Source of the DNA: an uncultured beta proteobacterium
GTDB taxonomy: Bacteria; Pseudomonadota; Gammaproteobacteria; Burkholderiales; Casimicrobiaceae
Reading direction: 5' to 3'
NCBI GenBank assembly: GCA_963805355.1
Contig: CAWDTZ010000004.1
Coordinates: 203,757 to 267,756, forward strand
DNA: 64,000 nt
A program made the translations under genes and the position numbers. This document shows, one piece after another, positions 19,949 to 28,839 of the stretch. Every line of letters starts with the position of its first letter. Within the stretch, counting starts at the first letter, position 1. Below the pieces are notes generated by a model. The model saw only the letters and a list, made by a program, of their open reading frames with translations. It made no database searches and was not told the DNA's origin.

Positions 19949-20833
19949 TTACTTGAGGAGGCCTGCGGAGCGAGCGGCCTCCTCGATGCCCTTGTAGTTC
20001 TCGACCTTGGTCGGCACGAATTTCGTTGCCCGCTGCAGCTTCAGAATCTCGGCGTCCTCGGGCTTCGATGGATCAAGGGCGAGGAATGCGGCGCGGATCT
20101 TCGCGATCAGCGCCGGATCGAGATCGCTGCGCACCGTCCAGTTGTAGTCGTAGTAGGGCGGTGTCGTGTAGAACACCACCACTTCCTTCGGGTCGATCTT
20201 CTTGTCTTCGAGCAACTTGTTCCATACCGAGATGTTGAGCGCGCCGGCGTCGACCTTGCCGCCTGCCACCTGGAATGCGGTCGCGTCATGCGCGCCGGAG
20301 TAGGCCACGCGCATGTCCTTGTCCGGATTGAGCCCCGCCTTCAGCATGAAGGAGCGCGGCATCAGGTGGCCGGACGTCGACGACACCGAACCGAAGGCAA
20401 AATTCTTGCCCTTGAGATCGGCAAGGCTCTTGATGCCGCTGCCGGCCTTGGTGATGAACACGGACTTGAATTCCTCGTCCTCGGCACGCTGCACCAGCGG
20501 CGTGGCGCCGCCATTCGTGCGATGGTTCGCCTGGACGAAAGTGAAGCCGCCGTACCAGACCATGTCGAGCTTCTTGCCCGCGAGCCCCTCGACGGTGGCG
20601 GCGTAGTCGGTGACGGGCGTGAATTCGACCTTGGCGCCGGTCTTGGCCTCGAGATACTTGCCGAGCGGCGCGAACTTGCGCTGCAGTTCGGTGGGTGCCT
20701 CATCGGGGATTGCCGAGACCTTGAGCACGGTTTGCGCGGTGGCGAGCGCGCTCATCCCGAGCACCGTTCCGAACACGAGCGCCCAATGCGCGCCGCGCAT
20801 CGTACGCGCAGAAGAGAATTTCGACATGGACAA
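19949..20833 (-). CDS. phnD: phosphate/phosphite/phosphonate ABC transporter substrate-binding protein
   Basis: Signal peptide, then LKVSAIPDEAPTELQRKFAPLGKYLE...YGGFTFVQA, typical of the PhnD family. Confidence 0.85.
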   Translation of the reverse strand: MSMSKFSSARTMRGAHWALVFGTVLGMSALATAQTVLKVSAIPDEAPTELQRKFAPLGKYLEAKTGAKVEFTPVTDYAATVEGLAGKKLDMVWYGGFTFVQANHRTNGGATPLVQRAEDEEFKSVFITKAGSGIKSLADLKGKNFAFGSVSSTSGHLMPRSFMLKAGLNPDKDMRVAYSGAHDATAFQVAGGKVDAGALNISVWNKLLEDKKIDPKEVVVFYTTPPYYDYNWTVRSDLDPALIAKIRAAFLALDPSKPEDAEILKLQRATKFVPTKVENYKGIEEAARSAGLLK

Positions 20834-20921
20834 ACTCCAGGCAGGATGGGACAGCGCGCCACCGGCGCGCGGGAAGATGGGCTCGCGCTATGATCGCGAC
20901 CTCGAAGTATAACCACCACGG

Positions 20922-21887
20922 ATGCGCAGGATGCCGGGCTACCGAATTGTCGAACGACTGGTCCGCGATGCGGTCGCCGAACGCGACGCGCTCGCTGCGG
21001 GGCTGCAGGCGGTTGTGGCCACGATTCCGCCGCGCTATTTCTACGATGCTTTGGGTTGCGCGCTGTTCGGCGCGATCTGCGAGCTGCCGGAGTATTACCC
21101 CACCCGCACCGAGCGGGCGATCTTCAGTGACTATCGCGACGAAATCGCCAATGCGGTGGGGCGCGGGCACCAGTTGGTCGACCTAGGGGCCGGAGACTGC
21201 GGCAAGGCGCTCGCGTGGCTGCCCTTTCTTGCGCCGTCGCGCTACATCGCCGTCGACATCGCCGGCGCCGAGATCGGCCGTTCGCTGGCGAAGATGGCGG
21301 TTGAATTCACGGAGATCGACATGCTGGGCGTGGTCGCCGACTTCACCAGCGGCCTCGATCTCGAGCAGGACCTCGATCCCGCCCCCGTCACGTTTTTCTA
21401 TCCGGGCTCGTCGATCGGGAATTTCACGCCAACGGGGGCGTCAGCGTTCCTGCAGCAGATCAAGCTGCATTGCGCCGGGCGCGACGACAGTGGGCTTCTG
21501 ATCGGCGTGGACACCAAGAAGGACAGGGCGCGACTCGACGCCGCCTACGACGACTCGGTGGGCGTCACGGCAGCATTCAACCGCAACGTGCTGAATCACG
21601 TCAACCGTGTGCTGGGCAGCAACTTCCGGCCGGAGTCGTTTGCGCATCGTGGCTTCTACAACGAAGCGGCTGGCCGAGTCGAGATGTATCTCGAGGCGAT
21701 CGGCAGTCAATGCGTGCGCTGGCCGGGGGTGGAGCGCAATTTCGCCGCGGGCGAGCGCATCCACACCGAGAATTCGTACAAATACTCACCCCTCGAGTTC
21801 ACGGCGTTGCTGCGCGGCGCCGGCTTCGAGCGCGTGCAATGCTGGCAGGATTCGCGGCGCGACTTCGCGGTGTATCACGCCACGTGA
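20922..21887 (+). CDS. EgtD-like SAM-dependent histidine N-alpha-methyltransferase family protein
   Basis: IPPRYFYDALGCALFGAICELPEYYPTRTE, LVDLGAGDCGK and ERIHTENSYKYSPLEF are hallmark EgtD-family motifs. Confidence 0.8.
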   Translation: MRRMPGYRIVERLVRDAVAERDALAAGLQAVVATIPPRYFYDALGCALFGAICELPEYYPTRTERAIFSDYRDEIANAVGRGHQLVDLGAGDCGKALAWLPFLAPSRYIAVDIAGAEIGRSLAKMAVEFTEIDMLGVVADFTSGLDLEQDLDPAPVTFFYPGSSIGNFTPTGASAFLQQIKLHCAGRDDSGLLIGVDTKKDRARLDAAYDDSVGVTAAFNRNVLNHVNRVLGSNFRPESFAHRGFYNEAAGRVEMYLEAIGSQCVRWPGVERNFAAGERIHTENSYKYSPLEFTALLRGAGFERVQCWQDSRRDFAVYHAT

Positions 21888-21896
21888 GGCGGGCAC

Positions 21897-22745
21897 CTAC
21901 CGGTCGGCGCCGCCGGTGCCCGCGGTTTCCATGCGTTCATGCCCCACCACCTTGCGCAACGCAATGCGGTCGAGCACCTTGACGACGCGGCCGTGGACCT
22001 GAATCAGGCCTTCCTCGTGAAAGCGCGAAAAGAGGCGGCTGACCGTTTCCAGTTTCAACCCCAGGTGGCTGCCGATCTCCTCCCGCGTCATGCGCAGGAC
22101 GAATTCGACGGACGAGTAGCCCCGCTCGTGGTAGCGCTGCGCCAGGTCGAGCAGGAAGGTGGCAAGCCGCTGATCCGCCTGCATCGTGCCCAGCATGAGC
22201 ATCGAATGGCGTTCCCGCGCAATGTCCTTCGACAGCAGGCGCGTCAGGCTGTGCTGAACGTGGGCGTTTTGCCGGGCAAGCGTCTCGATGCGGTCGAAGG
22301 GGATGGCACAGACTTCCATGTCCTCGAGGGCGACCGCTTCGCAGTCATGGCTGTCCGCCGCAATGCCGTCCGTACCGAGCACATCGCCCGCCATGTGATA
22401 GCCGGCGACCTGGCAGTGGCCGTCTTCACCCGGCAACACCGTCTTGCATGAGCCCGAGCGAATGGCGTAGAGCGCCGAGAATTTCTCCCCGGCCCGAAAG
22501 AGGACGTCGCCCTTGCGCATCCGGATGCGTCGCGCCACCAGAGGGTCCAGCAGCCGCATCTCGGCCGCGTCGAGCCCATTGGGCATGCATTGATTCCTTG
22601 CACTGCACAGCGAACAGGGCGATGACGTGCGTGGAAATTCCCGCAGGTTCGATTGCGGAGCCGGATTGGCCCCATGCCCGGATCGATGCTGGTCTTGAAC
22701 GGCAGTGGTTGCAGGCATGGCAGGCCCTTTTTCGTGTCGGTCCAT
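21897..22745 (-). CDS. fnr: FNR-type (CRP/FNR family) oxygen-responsive transcription factor
   Basis: N-terminal C-X2-C-X5-C (PCSLCSARNQC) plus VCAIPF (equivalent to the fourth Cys ligand in VCEIPF of E. coli FNR). Also a cNMP-like beta-roll and a recognition helix (LETVSRLF) that keeps the E--SR motif which reads TTGAT. Confidence 0.85.
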   Translation of the reverse strand: MDRHEKGPAMPATTAVQDQHRSGHGANPAPQSNLREFPRTSSPCSLCSARNQCMPNGLDAAEMRLLDPLVARRIRMRKGDVLFRAGEKFSALYAIRSGSCKTVLPGEDGHCQVAGYHMAGDVLGTDGIAADSHDCEAVALEDMEVCAIPFDRIETLARQNAHVQHSLTRLLSKDIARERHSMLMLGTMQADQRLATFLLDLAQRYHERGYSSVEFVLRMTREEIGSHLGLKLETVSRLFSRFHEEGLIQVHGRVVKVLDRIALRKVVGHERMETAGTGGADR

Positions 22746-22754
22746 ACGGTCACA

Positions 22755-23141
22755 TCAGTGCGGCAGCGGATCGAGATTGGCAACAACGTCGCGCACTTTG
22801 CCGAACTCGAGACTCTTGTCGAAAAATCGACTCGCGCCCGCTTCGAGGCAGACACGACGATACTGTAGGATCGGGTGGTTTGTCAGCACCAGATACATCG
22901 TGGTAGGCGACAGTGGCTGTAAACCGCGCAAGACATCGACGGCTGTTCCGCCGACGAGTTGGTAGTCGAGCACGACGCAATCCGGACTGGTGCGCCGGAT
23001 GCCGGCAATAGCCTCGTCGGGGGACTCCGCGCAGCCGACGACGGCGACGCCCGGAAGTTCGTGCAGCATCTCTACCAGGTGATCCCGGATCGGTGGCGAG
23101 TCCTCGACGATGAAAACCTTGGTGCGGATGGCGATGCTCAT
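22755..23141 (-). CDS. single-domain CheY-like response regulator receiver
   Basis: KVFIVEDSPPIRD...VVLDYQL...LVLTNHP, a receiver domain only. Its stop is 9 nt before the fnr ATG. Confidence 0.85.
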   Translation of the reverse strand: MSIAIRTKVFIVEDSPPIRDHLVEMLHELPGVAVVGCAESPDEAIAGIRRTSPDCVVLDYQLVGGTAVDVLRGLQPLSPTTMYLVLTNHPILQYRRVCLEAGASRFFDKSLEFGKVRDVVANLDPLPH

Positions 23142-23174
23142 GGAGTCCAAGTATCCGCACCACAGGCGCAACCG

Positions 23175-23196
23175 TCGATCAGGCGGGCCTGATCGA
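23175..23196. promoter_or_regulatory. perfect 9-bp inverted repeat TCGATCAGG-cggg-CCTGATCGA
   Basis: Lies between the NarL-type regulator stop (23275) and the receiver gene start (23141). No U-tract on either strand, so it could be an operator or a terminator. Confidence 0.3.
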
Positions 23197-23220
23197 TGGC
23201 CTAAGGCAACGCTGATTCTG

Positions 23221-23251
23221 GGGTAGGGATGCGCCAGGTTGCGGGTAGGGA
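23221..23251. repeat. direct repeat GGGTAGGGA x2, 22 bp apart
   Basis: GGGTAGGGA occurs at 23221 and 23243. A related inverted copy (GGGTAAGGC on the minus strand) lies around 23253-23261. Confidence 0.4.
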
Positions 23252-23274
23252 ACGCCTTACCCCCGGGGCTTCCG

Positions 23275-23925
23275 TCACGCGGGCGTGCTGGAGTCGTCGA
23301 CGAGCCGGTGCTTCAGTGCGTAGTGGATAAGCTCGGCGCCATTGCCGACATGCAGCTTTTCCATCAGCCGCGCCTTGTGGGTGCTGACGGTTTTGCCGGA
23401 CAGGTTCAACTGCGTTGCGATATCAGTGACCGACCTGCCCGACACCAGCAGGTTGAACACCTGGTACTCCCGGTCGGAGAGCGTGGTGTGCGGCGGCCCA
23501 TCGCTGTGCGGCATCGCGTCGAGTGCCAGTTGCTCGGCCACTTCGGCGCTGATGAAAGCGCCGCCTCCAGCCACCTTGCGAATCGCGGCCACGAGCTGTG
23601 TGGCGGCACTCTCCTTCGTCAGGTAGCCCGAGGCGCCCGCCTTGATCGCGCGCACTGCATATTGGTGTTCCTGGTGCATGCTGAGCACCAGCACCCGGAG
23701 GCGCGGCTTTTCCCCCTTCACCAGCTTGATGAGGTCGACGCCGCTGCGCCCCGGCATCGACATGTCGAGCAGCAGCACCGCGACGTCGAGTGAGCGCACC
23801 TGCTGCAATACCTCCGTTCCGTCGCGCGCCTCGCCCACGACCTCGAGATCGCCGGCCGCGAGCAGCAGTTGCTTCAGCCCCTCGCGCATGATGGTGTGGT
23901 CGTCGGCAATCAGGACGCGGATCAT
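23275..23925 (-). CDS. FixJ/NarL-family response regulator (receiver + LuxR-type HTH)
   Basis: IRVLIADDHTIMREG..LLLDMSMPG..., then LSDREYQVFNLLVSGRSVTDIATQLNLSGKTVSTHKARLMEKL. The ATG overlaps the kinase stop (ATGA). Confidence 0.9.
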   Translation of the reverse strand: MIRVLIADDHTIMREGLKQLLLAAGDLEVVGEARDGTEVLQQVRSLDVAVLLLDMSMPGRSGVDLIKLVKGEKPRLRVLVLSMHQEHQYAVRAIKAGASGYLTKESAATQLVAAIRKVAGGGAFISAEVAEQLALDAMPHSDGPPHTTLSDREYQVFNLLVSGRSVTDIATQLNLSGKTVSTHKARLMEKLHVGNGAELIHYALKHRLVDDSSTPA

Positions 23926-25595
23926 GCTTTCTCCGCGTCGTTGGCGATGGGCAGCAGCACTTCGACCACGGTGCCCTTTCCCGGCTCGCTGGTGATGGTG
24001 GCGTCGCCACCGAGAAGGTACGCGCGCTCGCGCAGGCCGATCAGCCCGAACGATCCCGCCTTGCGCGGGTCGTTCCGGTCGAACCCTCTGCCGTTGTCAT
24101 GGATACTCACGGTGATCCCGGCCGCGTCCAGATTGATCGCCACCTCGACCTGCTTCGCTTCGGCGTGCTTGGCGATGTTGGTGAGCGCCTCCTGCACCAC
24201 GCGAAACACCGCGGTCGAGTGCGCCGTCGGCACGTGCATCTCGGGGTTGCTGATTGCCAGCTCACAATGAACATTCGTCCGTTGCATGAAATTTTCCACC
24301 AGCCATTCTACGGCGGGAATGAGTCCGAGATCGTCCAGCAGCAGCGGCCGGAGGTCGGCGGCGATCCGCCGCGTGGCCGCGACCGTGGCGCCAAGCAACG
24401 CGGCCATCCGGTCCAGCCGCTCGGCAAGCGATGCTTCGGCCGCGGGCATTTTTTCCCGACACCAGGCGACGTCCATCTGAATCATGGTCAGTGCCTGCCC
24501 CAGTTCGTCGTGCAATTCGCGCGCGATACGATTCTTCTCCTGCTCGCCCGCGAGATCGGCCGCGGCCGACAGCTGCTGCAAATCCTCCTTCGACTGGCGC
24601 AATGCCGCCTCAGCCTGCGCCCGCGCGGTGACGTCACGCAGGATGGCGGTGAAGAACTTCGTACCGCCTTCGGTGAGTTGGGAAATCGAGGCTTCGATCG
24701 GAAATTCAAGGCCGTTGTCATGCCGCCTGCCCGTGACCGTGCGCGAGCCGCCCATCCGCCGCGACACCGTCCCGTCTTCGCCGAAGCGACGCACGTGATC
24801 CGGATGATGTACGCGCGCGTCGGCAGGCATCAACGCCGTCAGTGGCATGCCGACCGCCTGGCCGCGTGGGCAGCCGAACATCGCCTCCGCCGCGACGTTG
24901 AACAGCACGATGTTCTGGTCGGCACCGGCGATGATGATCGAATCCATCGCGGAGTCCAGTATCCCCTGCAGGCGCGCTTCGCTGCGCACCAGCATGGACT
25001 CGGTTTGCACACGTTCGGACACGTCGCGGAGGATCACCGTGAAGTATTTCCGGCGGTCTTCCATGTGCTGCGAAATCGAGGCTTCGATGGGAAATTCGGT
25101 GCCGTCGGCGCGGACTGCCCCCAGCACGGTTTGATGACCGAAGTGGCGCGACGTCGTTCCGGTACTGCCGAAATTGCGGATATGTGCATGATGTGCCGCG
25201 CGAAACTGCGCCGGAATCAGCCGGTCCAGCGGCTGACCCATGACGTCTTCGCGCCGCCATCGAAACGCATTTTCCGCCGCGGCGTTGAACAGGACGATGC
25301 ACTGGTTTTCATCCACGGTGATGATCGCGTCCATCGTTGTTTCGACGATGTCGCGGACACGCGTTTCCAGCCCCACGATGGCCCGCGTCGCGGATTGCTG
25401 CTGCCGCATCTGCGCGAATATCACGAACGCTGCGACCATCGCGGCGATCGTGCCCAGGACGCCTGCGCCGGCCACCAGTCCCAGGCGCAAGCCATCGTGC
25501 CACCACGCCGCCAGACCGAGTGCCACTGTTGCCGCGATCAGGGCGATGACCAGCACGAACAGGGCGTGCTGAAGGCCGGTAATCGGAGTCGACAT
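23922..25595 (-). CDS. sensor histidine kinase: 2 TM + two FixL-like PAS domains + HisKA_3/HATPase
   Basis: Starts at ATG 25595 (MSTPITG...). H-box ELHDELGQ and ATPase motifs (DNGRGF, GLIGLRERA). Both PAS domains carry R..H...[IV]R.FG....[ST]R....[RQ]TV.G.R.[DN]G.EFPIEASISQ. The upstream 286 codons of the track ORF overlap the next gene and are rejected. Confidence 0.85.
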   Translation of the reverse strand: MSTPITGLQHALFVLVIALIAATVALGLAAWWHDGLRLGLVAGAGVLGTIAAMVAAFVIFAQMRQQQSATRAIVGLETRVRDIVETTMDAIITVDENQCIVLFNAAAENAFRWRREDVMGQPLDRLIPAQFRAAHHAHIRNFGSTGTTSRHFGHQTVLGAVRADGTEFPIEASISQHMEDRRKYFTVILRDVSERVQTESMLVRSEARLQGILDSAMDSIIIAGADQNIVLFNVAAEAMFGCPRGQAVGMPLTALMPADARVHHPDHVRRFGEDGTVSRRMGGSRTVTGRRHDNGLEFPIEASISQLTEGGTKFFTAILRDVTARAQAEAALRQSKEDLQQLSAAADLAGEQEKNRIARELHDELGQALTMIQMDVAWCREKMPAAEASLAERLDRMAALLGATVAATRRIAADLRPLLLDDLGLIPAVEWLVENFMQRTNVHCELAISNPEMHVPTAHSTAVFRVVQEALTNIAKHAEAKQVEVAINLDAAGITVSIHDNGRGFDRNDPRKAGSFGLIGLRERAYLLGGDATITSEPGKGTVVEVLLPIANDAEKA

Positions 25596-25660
25596 CGCCG
25601 GATTAAAGCATACCGAGGCGGTGTTTCGTGGGCCACCGCGATCCACCGCTGCTGCCGTGA

Positions 25661-27397
25661 CTATCGGGCGGGCGGCTTCCCGCCGGCGGACCCGGCCGGC
25701 GGCCCCTTGCCAAGGCGTTCGATGACGGGGCGCCAGGCCTGCGGCGATCGGCCGATGGCCAGCGACAACTCGGCGTCGTAGTGCACCGTGTAGGAGGCTT
25801 CGTCGGCAGCCAGTTCGTCGCGGGCGCACAACTGCTTTTCCAGCACGGCGACATCGGCATCCGACGCATCGGTTCCACGCCGGCTGCGCCCGACGATGCG
25901 GTGCCGCAGCGTGGCCTCGCTCGCGGAGAACGCGAGCAGCAAGAATGGCACGCCCAATTCGGTGGCGAGGTCCCGGAAAATGTCGCGCTGCCAGCGCTGC
26001 AGGAATGCACCGTCGACGATGGTCGCGAAGCCGGCGGCGGCAACGTTCGCCGCGAGCGCGCGCACGTGGTCGTAGGTTTGCCGGTTGGCGTCGTGGGAAT
26101 AGAGCCGTGCGGCGCAAGGGCCACCGGGCCGCCGCGTGGGTGGCACGCCCAATCGACGCTTGCGTTCGATGTCCGTGCGGATGCGCACGGCGCCGATGTG
26201 CTCCAGCAGGAACTGCGACAGCGCCGTCTTGCCGGAACCCGAAACGCCATGCGTGATCACGAGGGCGGGCGCGAAAGCGCGGGCGCAGGCTTGTGCAAGC
26301 CGCAGGTATCCATCGCGCTCGCGGAGCAGCGGCGCGGACTCGTCGGCGGAAGAAAGCTGGGCCATTCGCAGCTGCGCGATCTTGGCGCGGACCAGTGCCC
26401 GGTAGACGAGGTAGAAGCGCAGCACGGCCAGCCCGGCATAGTCGCCGGTGCATTCCAGGTAGGCATTGAGAAAGCGGTGCGCCAGTTCCGCGTGGCCGCG
26501 CTCGCGCAGATCCATGACGGTGAACGCGACCTCGCTGAGGACATCGATCCAGCGCATCTCATCGTTGAATTCGATGCCATCGAAGATCACGATTTCGCCG
26601 GCAAGGACCGCGATGTTGCCGAGATGCAGGTCGCCGTGGCATTCGCGTACAAAGCCGTGGGCAAGCCGCTCCCGGAATACCGGCAGGAGTGCGGCATATT
26701 CGCGCTGGGTCCACGACTCGAGCTGATCCAGGTCCTGCCGTCCCGACGTCGTGGCCATGGCGGGGCGCAACTGGTTGAAATTCGCAAGCGCGGCGTCCCG
26801 GATCGCTTCCGGCGTGCCACACGCGGGCGGAGGCACGCCGCCGGCAATGGCCACGTGGAAGTCGGCGACACGGCTGGCCAGCGCGTCGATGTCGCGCGGC
26901 GCAAGCTCCCCGCGCGCCAGCAGTTCGCTGGCCAGCGCATGTTGGGCAAACTCGCGCATCCTCACCGCATACTCCAGCACCGGCCCGGTGCCGCCGAGCA
27001 TGGGCATTGCGGGCGTGCCGGTGACCGCGACCACGTCGAGGTAGAGCGCCGGCGCCAGCCGACGGTTCAGCCGCAGTTCCTCTGCGCAAAAGTGACGCCG
27101 GGCCGCAAGCGTCGTGAAATCCAGAAAGCCCAGGTTGACCGCCTTCTTGATCTTGTAGGCGTGGGCGCCGGTCAGCAGCACGTAGGAGATATGCGTCTCC
27201 AGTACGGTTACGCTGGTGCAATCCGGGCCGTGCAATGCGGGGCGGGCTAGCGCCGCGACCAGGCGATCCTGCCCGCTCCCGGGGGCCACTCTCGTGCCTG
27301 GCGACAGGAATTCTTGCGGGGAAGCCGCGTCCGGGAGATCATTCGTCACGACATCGGGATCCGCGGTCAAAAGTTGCGCGACAATATGCTTCGACAA
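25661..27397 (-). CDS. bifunctional APH-like phosphotransferase / P-loop (AAA_33-like) protein
   Basis: Kinase catalytic motif (HGDLHLGNIAV) in the N-terminal half and a P-loop (HGVSGSGKTALS) in the C-terminal half. TTG start at 27397 is uncertain. Confidence 0.7.
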   Translation of the reverse strand: MSKHIVAQLLTADPDVVTNDLPDAASPQEFLSPGTRVAPGSGQDRLVAALARPALHGPDCTSVTVLETHISYVLLTGAHAYKIKKAVNLGFLDFTTLAARRHFCAEELRLNRRLAPALYLDVVAVTGTPAMPMLGGTGPVLEYAVRMREFAQHALASELLARGELAPRDIDALASRVADFHVAIAGGVPPPACGTPEAIRDAALANFNQLRPAMATTSGRQDLDQLESWTQREYAALLPVFRERLAHGFVRECHGDLHLGNIAVLAGEIVIFDGIEFNDEMRWIDVLSEVAFTVMDLRERGHAELAHRFLNAYLECTGDYAGLAVLRFYLVYRALVRAKIAQLRMAQLSSADESAPLLRERDGYLRLAQACARAFAPALVITHGVSGSGKTALSQFLLEHIGAVRIRTDIERKRRLGVPPTRRPGGPCAARLYSHDANRQTYDHVRALAANVAAAGFATIVDGAFLQRWQRDIFRDLATELGVPFLLLAFSASEATLRHRIVGRSRRGTDASDADVAVLEKQLCARDELAADEASYTVHYDAELSLAIGRSPQAWRPVIERLGKGPPAGSAGGKPPAR

Positions 27398-27430
27398 GTG
27401 CCCATGCTAGCGTGGACCGCGGGGAGGGGC

Positions 27431-27444
27431 TTGATCCGCGTCAA
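27431..27444. promoter_or_regulatory. FNR/FixK-type box TTGATccgcGTCAA
   Basis: 9/10 match to TTGAT-N4-ATCAA. Lies in the divergent region between the APH-like gene and the NapC/NirT gene. Confidence 0.5.
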
Positions 27445-27605
27445 TCTGCGCGTAGCCAGCGTCTGCCGGTGACGTCGCCACGGCGGTTTGACCTGTGTCA
27501 ATTGGCCCGGCGTGGCACTGCCGTATCGTGGCGCATCCAGCGCGCGCCAATCGCAAGAGCGGCATATTGCCGCCCTGGCGGCACCGCCTTATAGGAGCAA
27601 ACGCT

Positions 27606-28202
27606 TTGAAAACCGACGAACCTGGCAACCGCCGCCCCGGATTGTTTGCGCGCACATGGAAGCGTCTGTCCACGCCCAGCGCACGCTGGTCGGTGCTGGC
27701 CCTGGTCGTCCTTGGCCTGATCGTCGGTGCCGGCGCCACCATCGGCACGCAGGTGATGGTGGCGGCCACCGGCACCGATGAATTCTGCGGTGGCGCATGC
27801 CACTCGATGACGTGGGTGGCCGCCGAACACAAGGCCAGCGCCCATCACGTCAATCGAACCGGCGTGCAGGCCGGCTGCCACGACTGCCATATCCCGCACC
27901 AGTATCCGGCCATCCTGTTCTACAAGGCGAAAGCCGGGATCAAGGACGCGATCGGCGAGGCGCGCGGCGTCATTTCCACCGAGGAAAAATTCAAGAAGGA
28001 GCGGCTGCGCATGGCCAAGGTGGTCTGGGCGGAATTCAAGGAGACCAACTCCGAGAACTGCCGGACCTGCCACAAGATCACCCCGGAGATCGTCGCGAAG
28101 CAGAAGGATTTCGTGCAACCGATGCACCAGCAGTTCCTGGCGGGAACGGCAACCTGCATCGACTGCCACAAGGGCGTGGGCCACGAGGCCCCCGAGGAGT
28201 AG
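27606..28202 (+). CDS. NapC/NirT/CymA-family membrane tetrahaem cytochrome c (quinol dehydrogenase)
   Basis: N-terminal TM (WSVLALVVLGLIVGAGATIG) and four CXXCH motifs (CGGACH, CHDCH, CRTCH, CIDCH). TTG 27606 has AGGAG 7 nt upstream; GTG 27495 is an alternative start. Confidence 0.85.
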   Translation: MKTDEPGNRRPGLFARTWKRLSTPSARWSVLALVVLGLIVGAGATIGTQVMVAATGTDEFCGGACHSMTWVAAEHKASAHHVNRTGVQAGCHDCHIPHQYPAILFYKAKAGIKDAIGEARGVISTEEKFKKERLRMAKVVWAEFKETNSENCRTCHKITPEIVAKQKDFVQPMHQQFLAGTATCIDCHKGVGHEAPEE

Positions 28203-28209
28203 CGGACGG

Positions 28210-28755
28210 TCAGCGCCTGACCGGGTGCTTGGCGAGCTTGCGTTGCAGGGTGCGCCGGTGCATCGACAATGCACGGGCGGCCCCGGAAATGTTGTCGTTG
28301 TGGGCGCGCAGGACGCGCGTGAGCTGCTCCCACTCCATGCGCTTCAGCGACATCGGGCGGACGCTGGGGAGCGCTGCGGCATTGCCGGCCTCATGATGGA
28401 AGGCGGCGACGATCTCGTCGCCCGTGGCCGGCTTGCATAGGTAATACACCGCGCCGAGCTTGATGGCCTCGATGGCCGTCGCAATGCTGCCGTAGCCGGT
28501 GAGGACCACTATGCGCGCGTCCGGATGGCGCTTGCGCAGTGTGGCCACGAGTTTCAATCCCGATTCCCCCGCGATTTTCAACTCGACCAGCACCAAGTCC
28601 GGGGGATTCCGGTCGGCCTGCGCGAGCGCGGCACTGACCGTGCCGGCACAGCTGATGAGAAAGCGCCGGCTCGCCAAGGCCCGCGCGATGTCTGCGCAGT
28701 AGGCGGCGTCATCGTCGACCACCAGTACATTGCTTCGTCGCGGCTCTGTCATCAT
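28210..28755 (-). CDS. RegA/ActR/PrrA-family redox response regulator (receiver + Fis-type HTH)
   Basis: VLVVDDD...LVLVELKI..., with C-terminal NISGAARALSMHRRTLQRKLAK. 181 aa, as in RegA/ActR. No kinase gene is adjacent. Confidence 0.8.
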   Translation of the reverse strand: MMTEPRRSNVLVVDDDAAYCADIARALASRRFLISCAGTVSAALAQADRNPPDLVLVELKIAGESGLKLVATLRKRHPDARIVVLTGYGSIATAIEAIKLGAVYYLCKPATGDEIVAAFHHEAGNAAALPSVRPMSLKRMEWEQLTRVLRAHNDNISGAARALSMHRRTLQRKLAKHPVRR

Positions 28756-28839
28756 CGGACCCGGGAACCCGTCCCATTGTGCCTGCGGCCGATTGCCACA
28801 GGTTCGGGCGGATCATGCCGGATGGAGGCACGCGCGACA

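Noticed and set aside
25596-26453. N-terminal 286-codon extension of the histidine kinase ORF (track ORF 23922..26453)
   Set aside because: The extension is Arg/Ala/Pro-rich nonsense that overlaps the APH-like gene in another frame. The kinase starts sensibly at ATG 25595 with two TM helices.
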